From: the human T2T-CHM13v2.0 reference genome, Homo sapiens
Reading direction: 5' to 3' (one strand)
NCBI RefSeq assembly: GCF_009914755.1
Contig: NC_060930.1
Length of the DNA: 64,000 bases
Shown here: positions 17,203 through 39,407 of the stretch, piece by piece
How the letters are laid out: each line of letters opens with the position of its first letter
Numbering within the stretch: position 1 is the first letter of the stretch
The notes under the pieces: model-generated
The model's database searches: none
Told to the model about the DNA's origin: nothing
What the model saw: the letters and a program-made list of their open reading frames with translations, nothing else
Made by a program: the position numbers and the translations under genes

Positions 17203-17711
17203 TCATGGCCACAAAGCAAGCCAGGTTGTGCACACCAAGCAGGTGATTGAAAAATTCATTCTTAATAAAAAATTCTGTCTCCTGAGAGGATAGAGATCTG
17301 CAATGTGACCACTGAAGAGGGACACTTAGTCTAACCTGGGGGGTTCTAGAAGGGCTTCCCTTAGGAGATGAGGGCTTAAAAGGATCTGAAAGGTGAATAA
17401 GAATTAGAAATAGGAGAAAGGTAGGATAAATGTCATCAGAGAGAATAATATGAGTAAAAGCACGTAGGCCTGCCACAGCGTTGCTACAAGCAGTTTAGCA
17501 TTATCAGAGTGTAGCGTGAGTCAGAGATTGATGGAAATTAAAGATTGAGGGAGGGGTAAAGAGAGAGCCATAGCAGGAGGGCCTCGGTATGCTATGAAGC
17601 TTAGATTTTACCCTAAGAAATGAAAGTAATTAGAATAATATAGTAAAAACAACAAGTGTACAAGGAAAAACCAACAATCTGTAGGGCTTAGAAAAAAAAA
17701 CAGGATTTTAG

Positions 17712-18068
<357 letters not shown>

Positions 18069-18519
18069 CTCATTTTTCTTAAAAATATTTTTGCAATAAA
18101 ATGATCATTGCCTGGAACCAAGAAAATGAAAAACATTTTAGAACAGGCAGCTGTCCTCAGTAATGTTTCTGACTGCAGGAAAATTGTTAGGCAAGCCATG
18201 GAGTATTTGAAACTGAATGGTAGCTGTTATTATATGTAGCTCCTAGATTAAGCACTTTAGTTAAGTATCTCATTTAATCGTCATAACAACCCTATGCAGT
18301 AGGTAATTACTTCTCAGTTTCAGTAGGTAAATAAAACCAATGACTTGTCTAAAGAAATATAGTTTAAAACAAAGTAGGATAAAGAATTGCTGAGTTCCCA
18401 GTGTTAGTAAAAAAAGTCCTGAAAACTGGTAAGCCAACCATAAAGATTGAGGAGAGTTGATTATCTCTGTGGACAGATACAAAAACGAAATATACCAAAG
18501 TCTGAAAAATCCTACCTTT

Positions 18520-18833
<314 letters not shown>

Positions 18834-18857
18834 TTTTTCTTTTTCTTCCTTCCTTCC

Positions 18858-19794
<937 letters not shown>

Positions 19795-20029
19795 CTCACT
19801 CCTTTCTTATTAATTGGTTGGTGGTCTTTTTTAAAAAGATAAACTAATATTTCATAAAGAAAACAATTTACCCTGCACATTACCATTAAACTTGAAATCC
19901 TCCTAGACAATACTGTGGGAAGTTCATGTGGGCTTCTGAGTAAACTTTCCAAGATCTAAAACCCGTAAGGAAACCATACGTGTAACTTAGCAAAGATAAA
20001 AGACTGACAGTGTCCAAACAAGTAAGAAT

Positions 20030-20385
20030 CAACCAGGTTAGACTATGATTACAAACAACCCTAAAATTTCAGTGGTTTGTTATAAGAAAATTTCTGTTCA
20101 CACTAAATGACCACTGAGGGTTGCCTGGTGGGTACTCAGTTTGGTATCCAGGGTAAATCAGCATCCCTATCCAGCACGGTAGCAGATGGAAAAGGGGCAT
20201 GTCAAAATCATACACCAAAATCTTAAAGCTTCCACCTGGAAGAGACAAACATAGTTTATGCTCGCATTTCATTGGCCAGAACAAATCATGTGGCCACATC
20301 TGACCCAGGGTAGGCAGGGAATTGCATTCTACCATGTAGCCAGAGAGTAAGAAAAATTTGCTGAATAGTACTAATGACTACTACG
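20030..20385. mobile_element. Old MaLR LTR (MLT1J/K/L-like)
   Basis: acaaacaaccctaaaatttcagtggtt...catttcattggccagaacaaatcatgtggccac...aatagtactaatgactactac. Confidence 0.65.
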
Positions 20386-20550
20386 GTGATAACTTCAGAA
20401 AAGCAGAGGTGAAAGGAACCTAAGAAAGAAAATTCTGGAGCTAGGAACAGCATTAGGCGCCTATAATTATGTGAACAGTTGATGACCTATTCATAATGGT
20501 GGCTAAGAGGATATTTAATATATCATTTCACACATATGAAAAAATGTTGT

Positions 20551-20942
<392 letters not shown>

Positions 20943-21339
20943 TCATATAGTATGGGAAATGTTTATTATACTCCTTCACTCTCACTGGGGATTCAATCAA
21001 AAGCTATGTTACTTCTAACTAATTTTTCAAAAGTGTGATTCTAACAGTATTTCCTGTTGCATTGCTGATTGCTAGCATTAGACTTACGGAGCTTCTTTCT
21101 GTTTAATGACTCTCTGTGCAAAACTTTCACGTATGACATATGATCCTACTTATTGCTACTTAACGTTTCCTTCAGTAAGCTATCTAATTTTAAACTATTA
21201 CATAGAAAATGAACTAGATAACTCAAGACATTTCTCATTAATTAAATAACTTCTTTTTTAGAGAAAATCGGATCTTGTAACTTCATTCTCCAAATAGAAC
21301 AGAGTCCTCCCTTTAGAAAGAACATATATAAGAGGTTTC

Positions 21340-22060
<721 letters not shown>

Positions 22061-24600
22061 GGGGAAGCAGAGAGGGAAGAGTAAGATGCCATTGGCCTGC
22101 CAGTAGGAAGCCCATGACATACTGGTGGAGCCCCAGCCCTGTTAGTACAGAAAAGATACCTGGCTGATATGCTCTGCTATATCCATCTTTGAGCCTAGAT
22201 GATGTTAATTAACTCTTTAAAAATATATTAAAGCTGTGGTGGCATCTGAGAAAAGATGGTATGCTTTTAAAAGGTAGGAGTGAACAGCTCATACATTGTC
22301 CCAGGAGTGGGCTTTATTACAGAGATGGGGGAGCTCTGACCTGTTGAAGACCAAGATTCCAGGAAGAAATGTTTGTTCACAAGCAGGTTGGGAAAGGGAG
22401 ATACTTCAAACAGCTCTGAGAGCAATATTTCATAAAGACAGGCAGCAGGAAGAAAGCCTTCTTAAGGCCATATTGACTTTTGCACCTAGCAAATGACCCT
22501 TACTCTTCATTCCCATAAAAAAGAGAGAAACAAACAGTAAACATTTTCAAAGGATCGGTAATGTTTTAATAGCTCTGATTAGTAAGCGGAGTATTGGGTG
22601 TTATTTCGAAGTCAAAAATTCTATCTTGGTTGATTTACCCTATAACCTGGAGCATTTTCGAGAGGCAACAGAATGGAATTGTCTCAAAGTACTGACTTTT
22701 CATTATTTTCCACGCAGATCCCTGAGGATAACAGAAGGAAAGGTTTTGTCTGGGGGAGGGTAGGCTTCTCCCAAAAAGAGAATTCTGGAAGTCAACATAA
22801 TTAAACAAAGAGGAAAATGTGCCAGACAGGAGTGGGTGGGGGCTGTTTTCTCTTTGTGGTTGGTTGTGGTGCGTTCAAGATTCCTCGCCTAAGATGAGGT
22901 TCCTGAGCTTCCAGTAGGCGACTGACTGCCCAAGAGACCCAGGGCTCCGCAAGGAGACGGCGCAGGTGTCGGGGCTCCCCGCAGGTGAGGAGGCCGACGT
23001 TCCAGGAGGTCCGCCCGGGCGGTCCCTGAGTCCTGCCTCGCGGCTGCTCGCTGGGATCCGAGGGCGGAACGGGACGCGCAGGAACCCGGCCCGACGGGCG
23101 CGGCTCACACCCGTGCTCTTCCTGCGCTCTCGGCCTCACTTTGCGGCCAGAGCCGCGGCCCTGCGCGTTGCCGGCGGCCGCTTCTTTATCTCCGACCCCA
23201 CTGCCCAGTACTGTACGCGTCCAGACTAAAGAAACATCATTCGCTTAAGGGGCTGGGAAAAGCGCGTGCTCCGCTCGCCCTGGCACCGCGGGTCGCCCAG
23301 CTCGCAGACTGGGACGGGCGGTGCAAGAGGTGGTGCTCCCTGTCCAGGAGGGGACGCGGAAGAGGGCATCTCTGGTCCCGGGATGCGATTGTCCCGGTTT
23401 CTCCTTCTGGCCCACTCGCCGCGCGCACGAACTCTAGGGGAAGTTGGTTGTAAAGTTTCCGAGAGCGGCGTGGGCTGGTGCGAGTGAAGCGCGGGGCGGG
23501 GGAGGCGAGGACAGAAGCTCTCCTCGCGGCGTCTTTGTTCTGCTCTGGAGGAGAGACCTTGGCAAGGAGTCGCCGGGCGGGTGCAGGGACCTACCGCCAC
23601 CACATTCCGGACCCAGCGGGAGCCCTCCTCTTAATGCCCCTCCCCCCGCAAGCCAACCCAGGACATAGCCCCCAGGTCCCCAAGGTTCCGTCTACCTCAT
23701 CCTTCTACCCCCAAACTTCACCAACCCGAAAGGATTCCAAGTCTGGGATGGGGAGAAAGGAAAGAGGGTGGAGGCAAAGGTGCGCGACGGGCTGGATACC
23801 AACTGGAGGGTGGGTGTTCGCATTGAAATGTTTTTTTCTTTTGCCCTAGAAATTGCTTCCCCATGCGGGCCCCTACTCTCTCCCATTTCCCCCACCTCCC
23901 TGCTTTCTTTTTCTTCAATTCTAGTGGATCTAGAAGGAAAACGAGTGCTGCTCTGAGTCACTCAGCGAGCTAATGCTATGGCCCGAAGTTGGGATCAGGG
24001 TCGAGGGGTGGGGGACCATGTGGATGGGGTCCCAATTCTGGAGGTTGAGAATGACTGGAAGGGACCTGGGGAAGGGTCGGGAGCTGTTCCTGGTCCGAGA
24101 CACCTGATTTGTCCCGGACAAGGCAGTGGGGGAGGGGAAGGAAAGAGGGGATGCTCGGCTGGGACGTGTCGCGGCAGGGGGTGGAGGATGAGGAGGCGGC
24201 CTGGGACCCCGAGTCAGATCTTTGGGGTGAGCACGAGGACGTGGTGTAGGGAAGAGGACGAGTGAGCAGCGCCTGGCTGTAGGGTCAGAGGGCGCCTGGT
24301 CATCCTGAGAGCCTTGCCTTCGCAGTTTGAGATTAGGGGAAGTTCGGGGCCTGAGAAGGTGGGCGCGATGCTGGAGCTGGGAATTCTTCCTCGGAGCCCC
24401 TGGACCGAGTTGCGCTGCGCCTGCAGCAACAGGTAGCCCCGAGGGATGGGCGGAGGCCCCGGCCGAACCCGGAGCTGGCCTTTGTCCTGCCAATTAGAGG
24501 GCTCTCCAGAGGGACAGCGTGGGTGGGGGTAGGTGGGGAAGGGCGGGAGAGGAGTTTCCTAACACTTGGAGCCCCTTTGAGTTGTTCTGTGTATTGGGTG

Positions 24601-24648
24601 GAGGAGGGTGAATCCGAGAGGAGGGAGGAGGGTGAATCCGAGAGGAGG
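24601..24648. repeat. Perfect 2 x 24 bp tandem duplication
   Basis: gaggagggtgaatccgagaggagg twice. Confidence 0.95.
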
Positions 24649-25079
24649 AAGGAGGATGAAGAGCCTAGCCTGCGCCCCACCTCTGATTGTGTAAGCGCCT
24701 TTATCTAGGGTTGACCCCCTACCCTTTGCATTTTGTCTCTTGGGATGACGAAAAATGGACAGAAACTCGACGCCCAAGTGAATGTTTCACATTGATTGGC
24801 AGGGAAAGTGCAAACAAAGAGGTGCATCTCCGGGAAACAATGATTTTGGAGATCCCCTGCCCACCACCCCAGACTTGTGCGCGGTGCGGAGGGGGCCAGG
24901 GCTGGCATCTCCCGGGGAAAGTTTCGAGCCTGGCAGTGGGAGGAGACCGTCTGGGCAGAGTTGTGATGAACTGGGGACCGAGCAGCCCCAGCTCGCCTCG
25001 GAGGTTCCCGAGCCGGGCGGGAGATGCGGGGAGAGGGAGGGGGCGGGGAGGGAGGGGAGGGAGAGAGGAAGAAGGGGTG

Positions 25080-25316
25080 AGAGGGAGAAACCTGCCGCCG
25101 CTCGCCGCCTCTTTGTCTGCTCCGGGACTTGGAACAAAAGGGGGAACTCTGATGAACTCTCTTTCCTCCCCTCTCCCCCGGACGCCGGGGTATCTCCCTC
25201 TCGCAACTTTGCCGCCCCGACTTTCTCTGCTGTCAGGCCGGGAAAAAGTGTCCGAACGCCTCGTGGACTGCAGCGGGGGAAATGTCCCTTAAAAGTGCGA
25301 CGAAGTGGGGAAGAAG
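25080..25316 (+). other. Probable first exon (start approximate)
   Basis: Lies downstream of the GC box and purine tract; ends in the consensus donor AAG|GTGAGT at 25316/25317. Confidence 0.7.
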
Positions 25317-26439
25317 GTGAGTGGGGACTGTTGTCTTGTTTACCTCTCTCCCCTCAACTCGCCCCGCTCCCCGCCCTTCGGAGGGCAGAGGAGTAGCCCA
25401 GTGGCAAAGTTTGGCTGGTAAATTGTACCTCCTTTCCCCGTTCCCTTCTCTTTTGTTCTTTAAAGAACTCGCGCAATTGTTTCATTTGTTTATTTTTAAT
25501 AGGCAAAAGCCAAGTAGGCATTTATCTTATGTGCTTCTTTATATGAGGGGCTGGGGGGATGGGGAGGAGGGTTTCAAAAGGGTGGGGTGAGGGGGTATTG
25601 CTTCGCGTTCTTCCAGCTGCACTCATGTAGGGATGAATATGCAGAAATTGAGAGGGTCAAGTCCAGCCTCGCCCCCACCCTAGCCCTGACCCTGGTCATG
25701 CAAAAGAAAGCGATATGGATATGGGGGTCGTTTGTATAACTTAGCTGTCTGCAGAGCGCTCTGTAGATACCACGCACAATATAAAAACGCTGCAACAATG
25801 GAAGGAAGAAAGGTTTGGGTTGGAGGGGATTGGTCCCTTGTGTTAGCGGTCAAGGAGAGGTTTACAACAAACAGCTAAGAGTTCAGAAAGTTTTCTTCGG
25901 GGCTGAGATGGGGTGGAGGAAGCCACAGGTTACAGACTGTCAGAGATGCAGGGATGGAGGGGATGGGGCCTGGACCACTAGTTAGAGCCATCCCGTCCGC
26001 CCCTTTCAGTTTCACGATCCACCCGGAATAACCCAGGCAATCCTTGGTATCCGTCCTCACCTCTCTCACTTTCCATCACCCCCCGCCCCCAACCCCACTT
26101 CAGTGTGTTTGAATAGAAAGCAGAACGTGAGCCCCAGAAGCTCCTCTGACCCAGCCTTCCGCCCCGCCTTTTGTGTTTTAACCTTTTGTTTCTATCTGCC
26201 ACGCCCGTCCAAAAGAGGGATGGCTGTTTCTGCTGCTGCGGGGTGAAGAGGCAGCGCAGTCCACTCCGTTTTTATAGGCTAAGGAAGACGCCCTAACTTT
26301 GTTTCCTAAGTAGCTTAACTTAGGAATGTTTCTAGGTTGGGTCATGCGCGAATGAGGGGAACACTCAACACCCAGTAAACGTTGCCACTTTAGGTACAAT
26401 TTCTCCCAGCGCTTTTCCACTTTATACAGGAGTTGTTTA

Positions 26440-26857
<418 letters not shown>

Positions 26858-27316
26858 TTAGGAATATGCAGAATAGGCTTTTTGAATTCTACATGCAGAA
26901 TAACCTAAAGGTTATTATCTTCAGGTATGTTTTGTGAGATCATTTCTGATGCCAGGATAGTTTATTACCTTCTCCACTTTCTTCTCTCATATATTCCCAA
27001 GTGCTAGAGGCTTTCCTCACTTCCTTGGACTTACTTTTGACAAGACAAATGAAACATCAAAGCGCATGCACTGTCAATAACTTGAGGAAACGCCCAAACA
27101 TTGTCTTTTAACTTCTTCAACTTTTGATTCTGTATAGTAGTAGTTACTATTGAAGTAGTTACTATTGTACCTAGAAATGATTCAACTGCTAGAACTATGT
27201 AGTTTTGAGTTTTCATATCAAAGACTGAAATATATTATTGCAACAATTACTTTCTTTTACAAAGTGAGGAGGCAGAATGACCTGGAAGCTAACTTTAATT
27301 AATTTCAATTGTATAG

Positions 27317-27569
27317 GTGTAATTACTATTATCAGCATCTAGAAAGCATCATGAATTTGCTGGAGTACTTCCTAGCACTGACCTCCTTCATTCTGCGTTG
27401 TTCTTACTGGATCTTTCCATCAGCCAACAATATGGAAGTACCAATACAAGGTCAAATCATTCCTGGATTCATCTGGAGTTGCTTAAAAGTTAAATCATTG
27501 GAATTTTTGATGATACCTTTTCTATATGGATTACAATTTGATCGCTGGGAATTCTCCACCTTAAAGAAG
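27317..27569 (+). other. Probable exon 2 (253 nt)
   Basis: Acceptor aatttcaattgtatag|G and donor AAG|GTATGT in unique sequence 2 kb from exon 1; one frame open throughout. Confidence 0.72.
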
Positions 27570-28551
27570 GTATGTTGCTTTTTAGATACTCTACGAGGAC
27601 TTCATTTTTGGTCTGGGGCTTATACCCAGAGATTTGACTAGTTATTTTGAGCGGCTGTGTTATCAGAGTGATTTATGACTTTGGACTTCCTTGTTTTAAA
27701 CTGTTTTCTGTAGATCCTTTCTTATTTAGGATGATGATTTGGGTATTTGTGATGGAATTTTATTAATTTTACCATCTGTTCTTCAACATTAGCACACATA
27801 ATGAATGCAGATTATATGGTCACTAAGGAAATTTTGTAATGATGATGCATCCAGCAGGGAAATATCCTACTTTATTTGTGATTGATTTGCTTCTTAAATA
27901 TTGCAGTAGATATTTCTAAGTTCTGTGTTAGCAGAACTTATGTTGTTTGCATTACTATTATTTTTCTTCATTTTGACACTTCATTTTGGTAAACAAAATC
28001 CAAAAATGGCCCAAAATAAATGTCTAATGACTGGGAGTCTATATAAAATACAGTAAGTTCTCTCAGAGTGAAAACCTTGAGTTTGTAATAACAGAGCCCG
28101 TACATTTGTTTAACCTTTATGGCATACATCAAGTTTTTATAGTGGTCATAAGAGTCTTCTATTCCTTCTTTTAAGTCTTACAATTAGTTTTTGTTCACCT
28201 CTGTGAGAAAGTAGTTAAAAATTCACATAACTACTGTTGGTAATATAAAAAGTTAATTTTGATATATTTACAATCCTTGTTTAAGTGATTGTTTGCCATG
28301 GAAAGTAAGAACTTTCTGTGGTCTGGTCAAATAAATTAACTGGGAATTGGAAACATTTTTATCTTGTTATGAGGAAAAAAGGAACATTACAACTTGCTTC
28401 TTTCTAGCTGTATAAACATAAACAAGCTACTTAACCTTCCTGGGCTTCTGTTTGTTACCAATAAAATGAAGGTTAAGTTAAATAACTTAAAACATTTTTG
28501 AAATCTTTTAACATTAAGATTCTATGATTTGTTACTTGCTTCTATAAATAA

Positions 28552-28949
<398 letters not shown>

Positions 28950-29224
28950 TAATTACAATTATTTTGTTTGAATGCTTAGCTCAGGTAGCATTAGTTCAGG
29001 AAATATGCTTTAAATTTTCTGTAAAGTATACTCTCAACTAAGTGTTCTGTATGGAAATTTCAGATTTCCTTAAACGTTCTCAATAAAAGTTTGTCTGCTG
29101 GAATTTTTTTTTTGGAGGTGGAAAGTACAGTATTATTTCTCGACAAACGTTTTACCTACAAATATCTGAAGTCAATATGTTTGAATTTGTTATAATGGCC
29201 ACTCAGAGTTGATATCAGAGATTT

Positions 29225-29440
29225 AGAAAGAGACTTTGGAGTAAAACAGGCCTGAGTTCGAATCACAGCCTAGGCAATTACTATGATACCTCCTCCACGT
29301 TACTGGATTTTCATGGCTCCGAATTTCCTCATTTGCAATGTGTATATCCTAACACTTATCTCATATGGTTGTTGTAATATTTTTTTATGTAGGAAAAAAC
29401 AGAGGGCTAGGCATCTGTAAACATAATAAAAAGTACTGTT
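29225..29440 (+). mobile_element. MIR
   Basis: agactttggagtaaaacaggcctgagttcgaatc...tttcctcatttgcaatg. Confidence 0.65.
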
Positions 29441-30622
29441 ACTTGCTTTCACAATGACTTAATGATGTTTTGTTACTTCAAACTTTCTTTGTTGTCTCCC
29501 TTACAAGTTTCAGGCCCCATTAACCTAATATTCACTGAAATATTCAAAGTCAATTTGGACAGAAGTTTGTATCCGTTTAAATGTTTTTCTGTAAAACTAT
29601 ATTTAATTCAAATCTTATATCCAGTTGATTGCAGATTAATTTACTTCAACGAGCATTTATTAAATCGTACTATGCATGAGTATATTTCTGAAGGTCATGG
29701 CCTTACCTTGGAGTATGTGGCCTTTCCATTTTCTTACTGAAATATCTGTAGGTTGAGATAATAGTGACTTTCTATAATTGACTTACTGAAATTCTCTATT
29801 TTCAATGCTATCAATGATTTAGATATGGTTTAAAAACTCGTGTTTATTCACTTTTCAGCTAAAATATAAAGTGATGGCTCAGTGGTTTCTTGATGAGGAA
29901 ATCAAGAACTGTAGCACATTTTCTATTACTAATTTTATAGAATGATCTTTAGTTAAATAAAAAACTTACAGTTAATATAAATAGCACTTAGAAGAATAGC
30001 ATTTCATTTTGAAACGAAGTCTCAAGTCATGGATTTTCATTTTCTAGGTCTGTAATATAGCAATATGCATTGCCTTCTGAGTGATTATTTAGTTCAAGGA
30101 AGAGTATATTCATTTTATCTTTAGGAAGTTTCAGATAGGAATGTTAAGGTATTATTTCTCATTTGTAATTTACTAGCAGATATTTGCCTAGATATGATAA
30201 TGTTAGGAATAAAAATATGGAATTAATCAATATTAAAATAGGAAAATATCTTTTTTTAATATGTTTCCAAAACTTTGTTGAAAGCATTCATTTTAATTAG
30301 CAGATTATATATCAATATAGCAACTACTAATATAATACTTTGTAATTACAGAGTTTAAAATAATACATTCATTTAAAAATGTCTATATGTTGTTAATGTT
30401 TGAAGTGATAACCAAATATACTTAAAAACTTTACTATAGATATCAAATTTTATAGTCTTGGTTATTTAAAACTGCCCGTTGACTTGGATCAGTTTGAATT
30501 ACTGAACGTAGAACAACCCACCATGGTGTTCACAATAAACTTACACAGAAAGAAAACCTAAATATTTAGCTATGCCTTCTAAAAATAATGAATATAATGC
30601 ATGCTAAACATCTCATAAGTAA

Positions 30623-30950
<328 letters not shown>

Positions 30951-31000
30951 TAACTTTGGCCTTTATATTAAGTAAAGGAAGTGATTACCTGCATATTTAG

Positions 31001-31424
<424 letters not shown>

Positions 31425-31554
31425 AATTTGCTGATTTTTAGATTTCGTGCATGTCTAAGAACTTTGATTATAGTTCTTCCCATTATTGTTAAAGATACAG
31501 GTATTTAGAAGTACGTTTTTTGTGAATCTAGAAAGCCTACTTGGTTCATTTTTT

Positions 31555-33150
<1,596 letters not shown>

Positions 33151-33220
33151 AATGGAGAGATCACATCTTTTTCCTAAATCGTGTGGTCCATTAAATACCT
33201 TTAAAAAATTCCATCTATTT

Positions 33221-33548
<328 letters not shown>

Positions 33549-34086
33549 TCATCTATTCAAACTAAAATTTGTCAGTACTTCATAATTGATAAAAATGCTT
33601 TCACATATATTATCTTAGTTAAGCCTCATTAGTAGTCTAAGAGAGATGGGATAATATCTGTGTTTACCTTAAAGAAGAAGAAATCGAGAGTCAGAAGTAA
33701 CGTGACTTATCCAGAGTCGCACACATATAAGATAGAACTGCGTTTTAACTTGAAACCCTTTGCTTTTCACAGTAGGGGAGATGGCAATAATGAAATCAAT
33801 TCCAATATTGTTTGCTAGAGGTGATAATGGTGGTACATACAAAGTATAGAGTTAAAGCAGAGGAGGGAGTGATTGTTTATTTGGTCAGGGAAGACTTTCT
33901 TGAGTTGGGATTTAAAAGATACGTAGCATTTTGAGAGACAAAGAAAGGAACATCTTAGGCTTGGAAACTGATATGCAGAAACATGGAGGGATGAAACAAG
34001 ATGGAGTCTGGAATGTGTTTGGGATGTTCCAGGCATTTCATTCCTACTGACCCTGCAGGGGAGTAGGTGGGAGCTAGGCTGAGTGA

Positions 34087-34979
<893 letters not shown>

Positions 34980-35093
34980 TAAAATGGAGTTTTAACAGCA
35001 CAACTTCTACGTGTCATTTTAATGTACCTCACAGCCCAAAAGTTGTAAACCTAATTAGAAATGTTTGAACATACGTACATTACCACAAATGCA

Positions 35094-35390
35094 TTTTTTT
35101 TTTTTGAGACAGAGTCTCACCCAGGCTGTAATGCAGTGGCACGAATCTCGGCTCACTGCAACCTCCATTTCCTGGGCTCAGAGATTCTCCTGCCTCAGCC
35201 TCCTGAGTAAGCTGGGATTACAGGTGTGTGTCACCACGCCCAGCTAATTTTTTTTTTCTTTTGTGTTTTTAGTAGAGATGGGGTTTCACCATGTTGGCCA
35301 GGCTAATCTCGAACTCCTGACCTCAGGTAATCAGCCCGCCTTGGCCTCCCAAAGTGCTGGGATTACGGGAGTGAGCCACCGCTCCCAGCC
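35094..35390 (-). mobile_element. AluS
   Basis: Alu consensus. Confidence 0.93.
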
Positions 35391-35554
35391 ACAAATACAT
35401 ATTTTCAAAACTCGATTTTTCCTCCAAAATTAAATGTGTGTCTGGATCATATACCACTGAATAGGGTGACACCATGTCTAGTTTATATCAATCAGGATGT
35501 ATTTGTCCTCAAGTAAGAAAATAGTCAACTAACAGTGGCTTAAAAAGTAAGGAT

Positions 35555-35750
35555 TTTTCTTTTTCTTTTCTCTCTTTCTTTTTCTTTTTTTTCCTTCTTT
35601 CCTTCCTTCCTTCCTTCCTTCCTTCCTTCCTTCCCTCCTTCCTTCCTCCCTTCCCTTCCTTCCTTCCTTCCTTCCTCCCTTCCCTTCCTTCCCTTCCTTC
35701 CCTTCCCTTCCTTTCCCTTCCCTTCCTTCCTTCCTTCCCTCTTTCTTTGT
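35555..35750. repeat. Homopyrimidine simple repeat (CCTT/CTTCC)n
   Basis: About 190 bp of C/T-only sequence. Confidence 0.95.
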
Positions 35751-35881
35751 TTCGTTCATTTCACCTTGAAGGAATTCAGAGTATAGCTGTTCCAGGACTG
35801 GCTAATTCAGCAGATCAGTAACATCATGGTTCCTGGTCAGCTGGTAACCTGGACCTAGGAAAGAAACGGTGAATATTTGTC

Positions 35882-36173
35882 TTTTTTTTTGAGATGGAGT
35901 CTCACTCTCTCTCTCGCCCAGGCTGGAGTGCGGTGGCGTGATCTTGGCTCACTGAAGCCTCTGCCTCCTGGGTTCAAGTAATTCTCTGCCTCAGCCTCCT
36001 GAATAGCTGGGATTACAAGTGCCCGCCACCACACCCAGCTAATTTTTGTATTTTTAGTAGAGACAGGGTTTCACCATCTTGGCCAGGCTGATCTTGAACT
36101 CCTGACCTCATGGTCCACCCGCCTCGGCCTCTCAAAGTGCTGGGATTACAGGCGTGAGCCACCTTGCCCGGCC
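35882..36173 (-). mobile_element. AluS
   Basis: Alu consensus; TSD gaatatttgtct. Confidence 0.95.
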
Positions 36174-36187
36174 GAATATTTGTCTGA

Positions 36188-36603
<416 letters not shown>

Positions 36604-36609
36604 CCATTT

Positions 36610-37805
<1,196 letters not shown>

Positions 37806-38078
37806 TGGCCTTTTATGAGTCAGAGGAAAAACTTTCGCAGAAGTCTACAAGAGGACTTCCCAGGGTAACTACAGTAGCCCATGACAAACACTAGTCACTG
37901 ATAAGCAGACACATCTGAGAGGCTTAGACTGGTCAACTAACACCCCAGGCCCGGGAAGGGGCTCATAATGCTTATCAGTGCCCAGTGTCAGAACACAGTT
38001 GAAGGGGGATGGCTATTGGATACGAACCCAGCAAAGGCATTCATATGTCCATGCGTCAGGGTAAGCTTGGATTATTGA

Positions 38079-38441
<363 letters not shown>

Positions 38442-38518
38442 TGATTTTAGAAGTTACAAACTCTAATGGAAACAATCCACTCTGTTGGAATTTAGGTTAT
38501 TAAGGTATTCTATGACTA

Positions 38519-38680
<162 letters not shown>

Positions 38681-39407
38681 GAGTTTCTGAAAAGTAACCT
38701 GTCCAAACGAAGAGCAAAACAAGCACAGCTTTGGTAAGTGACTCCATGGGCAGTTGCTAAGCCCCAGCATTCCTTTTCTATGAGGCAACATGTAACTTTT
38801 CCAGCATCCCAGCAACAGTTTTTCATAATCTTGGTTAAGTGTAAGTTAACAGCCACCAAATCCTTGGCTTAGGATGTAGAAAGGTATTTAGACAAGGTTA
38901 AGTATTGGGCAACTTGGCAGCAACTTGAGAAAAATTATTTGAGCTTGGATGGAATAAAAAAAGACTGTATTTTCATAGTCTTACCTTATTCTTATGTAAA
39001 TGTCTTTTATTGTGAGGTATGCATGCGTAAGGATAGGTAAATCTACCATGTAGGGGGATATTGATACTCTGTTGTACCCTCTGTTGGAAAATCCAGAACA
39101 TGCGGGTCAACATGTTTATGATCAGTAGAGTGATATGGTCTCAAGCAATTCATGCTTAGAAGTCCCTGAATATCTGAAGCAAAAATTTTTATAACTGGAA
39201 TGCATGCATAGATAATTTTGATAATTTATGTATAGCTTCAGATCATTGTGGGGGAAATAATGTTTGAAATGGATTTCTGTGACACTTGTCTTAAATTAAT
39301 GGGATGACTTTCCATTTTTTCTTCAAATTTGAGTCGGTACCATTACACACTGTGATAGAATTTTGAAACTGTGGTTTTAATCCTAGTATTTTGGATTACG
39401 TAGTGTC

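Larger units (their letters stand above)
22880..25420. promoter_or_regulatory. CpG island / multi-start promoter
   Basis: Abrupt rise in GC and undepleted CpG in non-repeat sequence; GC box GGGGCGGGG 25040-25048; inverted CCAAT (ATTGG) 24795-24799; AP-1 TGAGTCA 23954-23960. Confidence 0.92.

Noticed and set aside
22801-25396. Long overlapping ORFs (up to 204 aa) on both strands of the CpG island
   Set aside because: Low-complexity Arg/Gly/Pro-rich products expected from GC-rich, stop-poor sequence; no domain recognised
27309-27641. 110-aa unspliced ORF from the track
   Set aside because: Starts at a TTG in the intron and runs through the donor; only the exonic part (27317-27569) is credible, as part of the spliced ORF
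35529-35759. Lys/Glu/Gly/Arg-rich ORF
   Set aside because: Translation of a simple pyrimidine repeat
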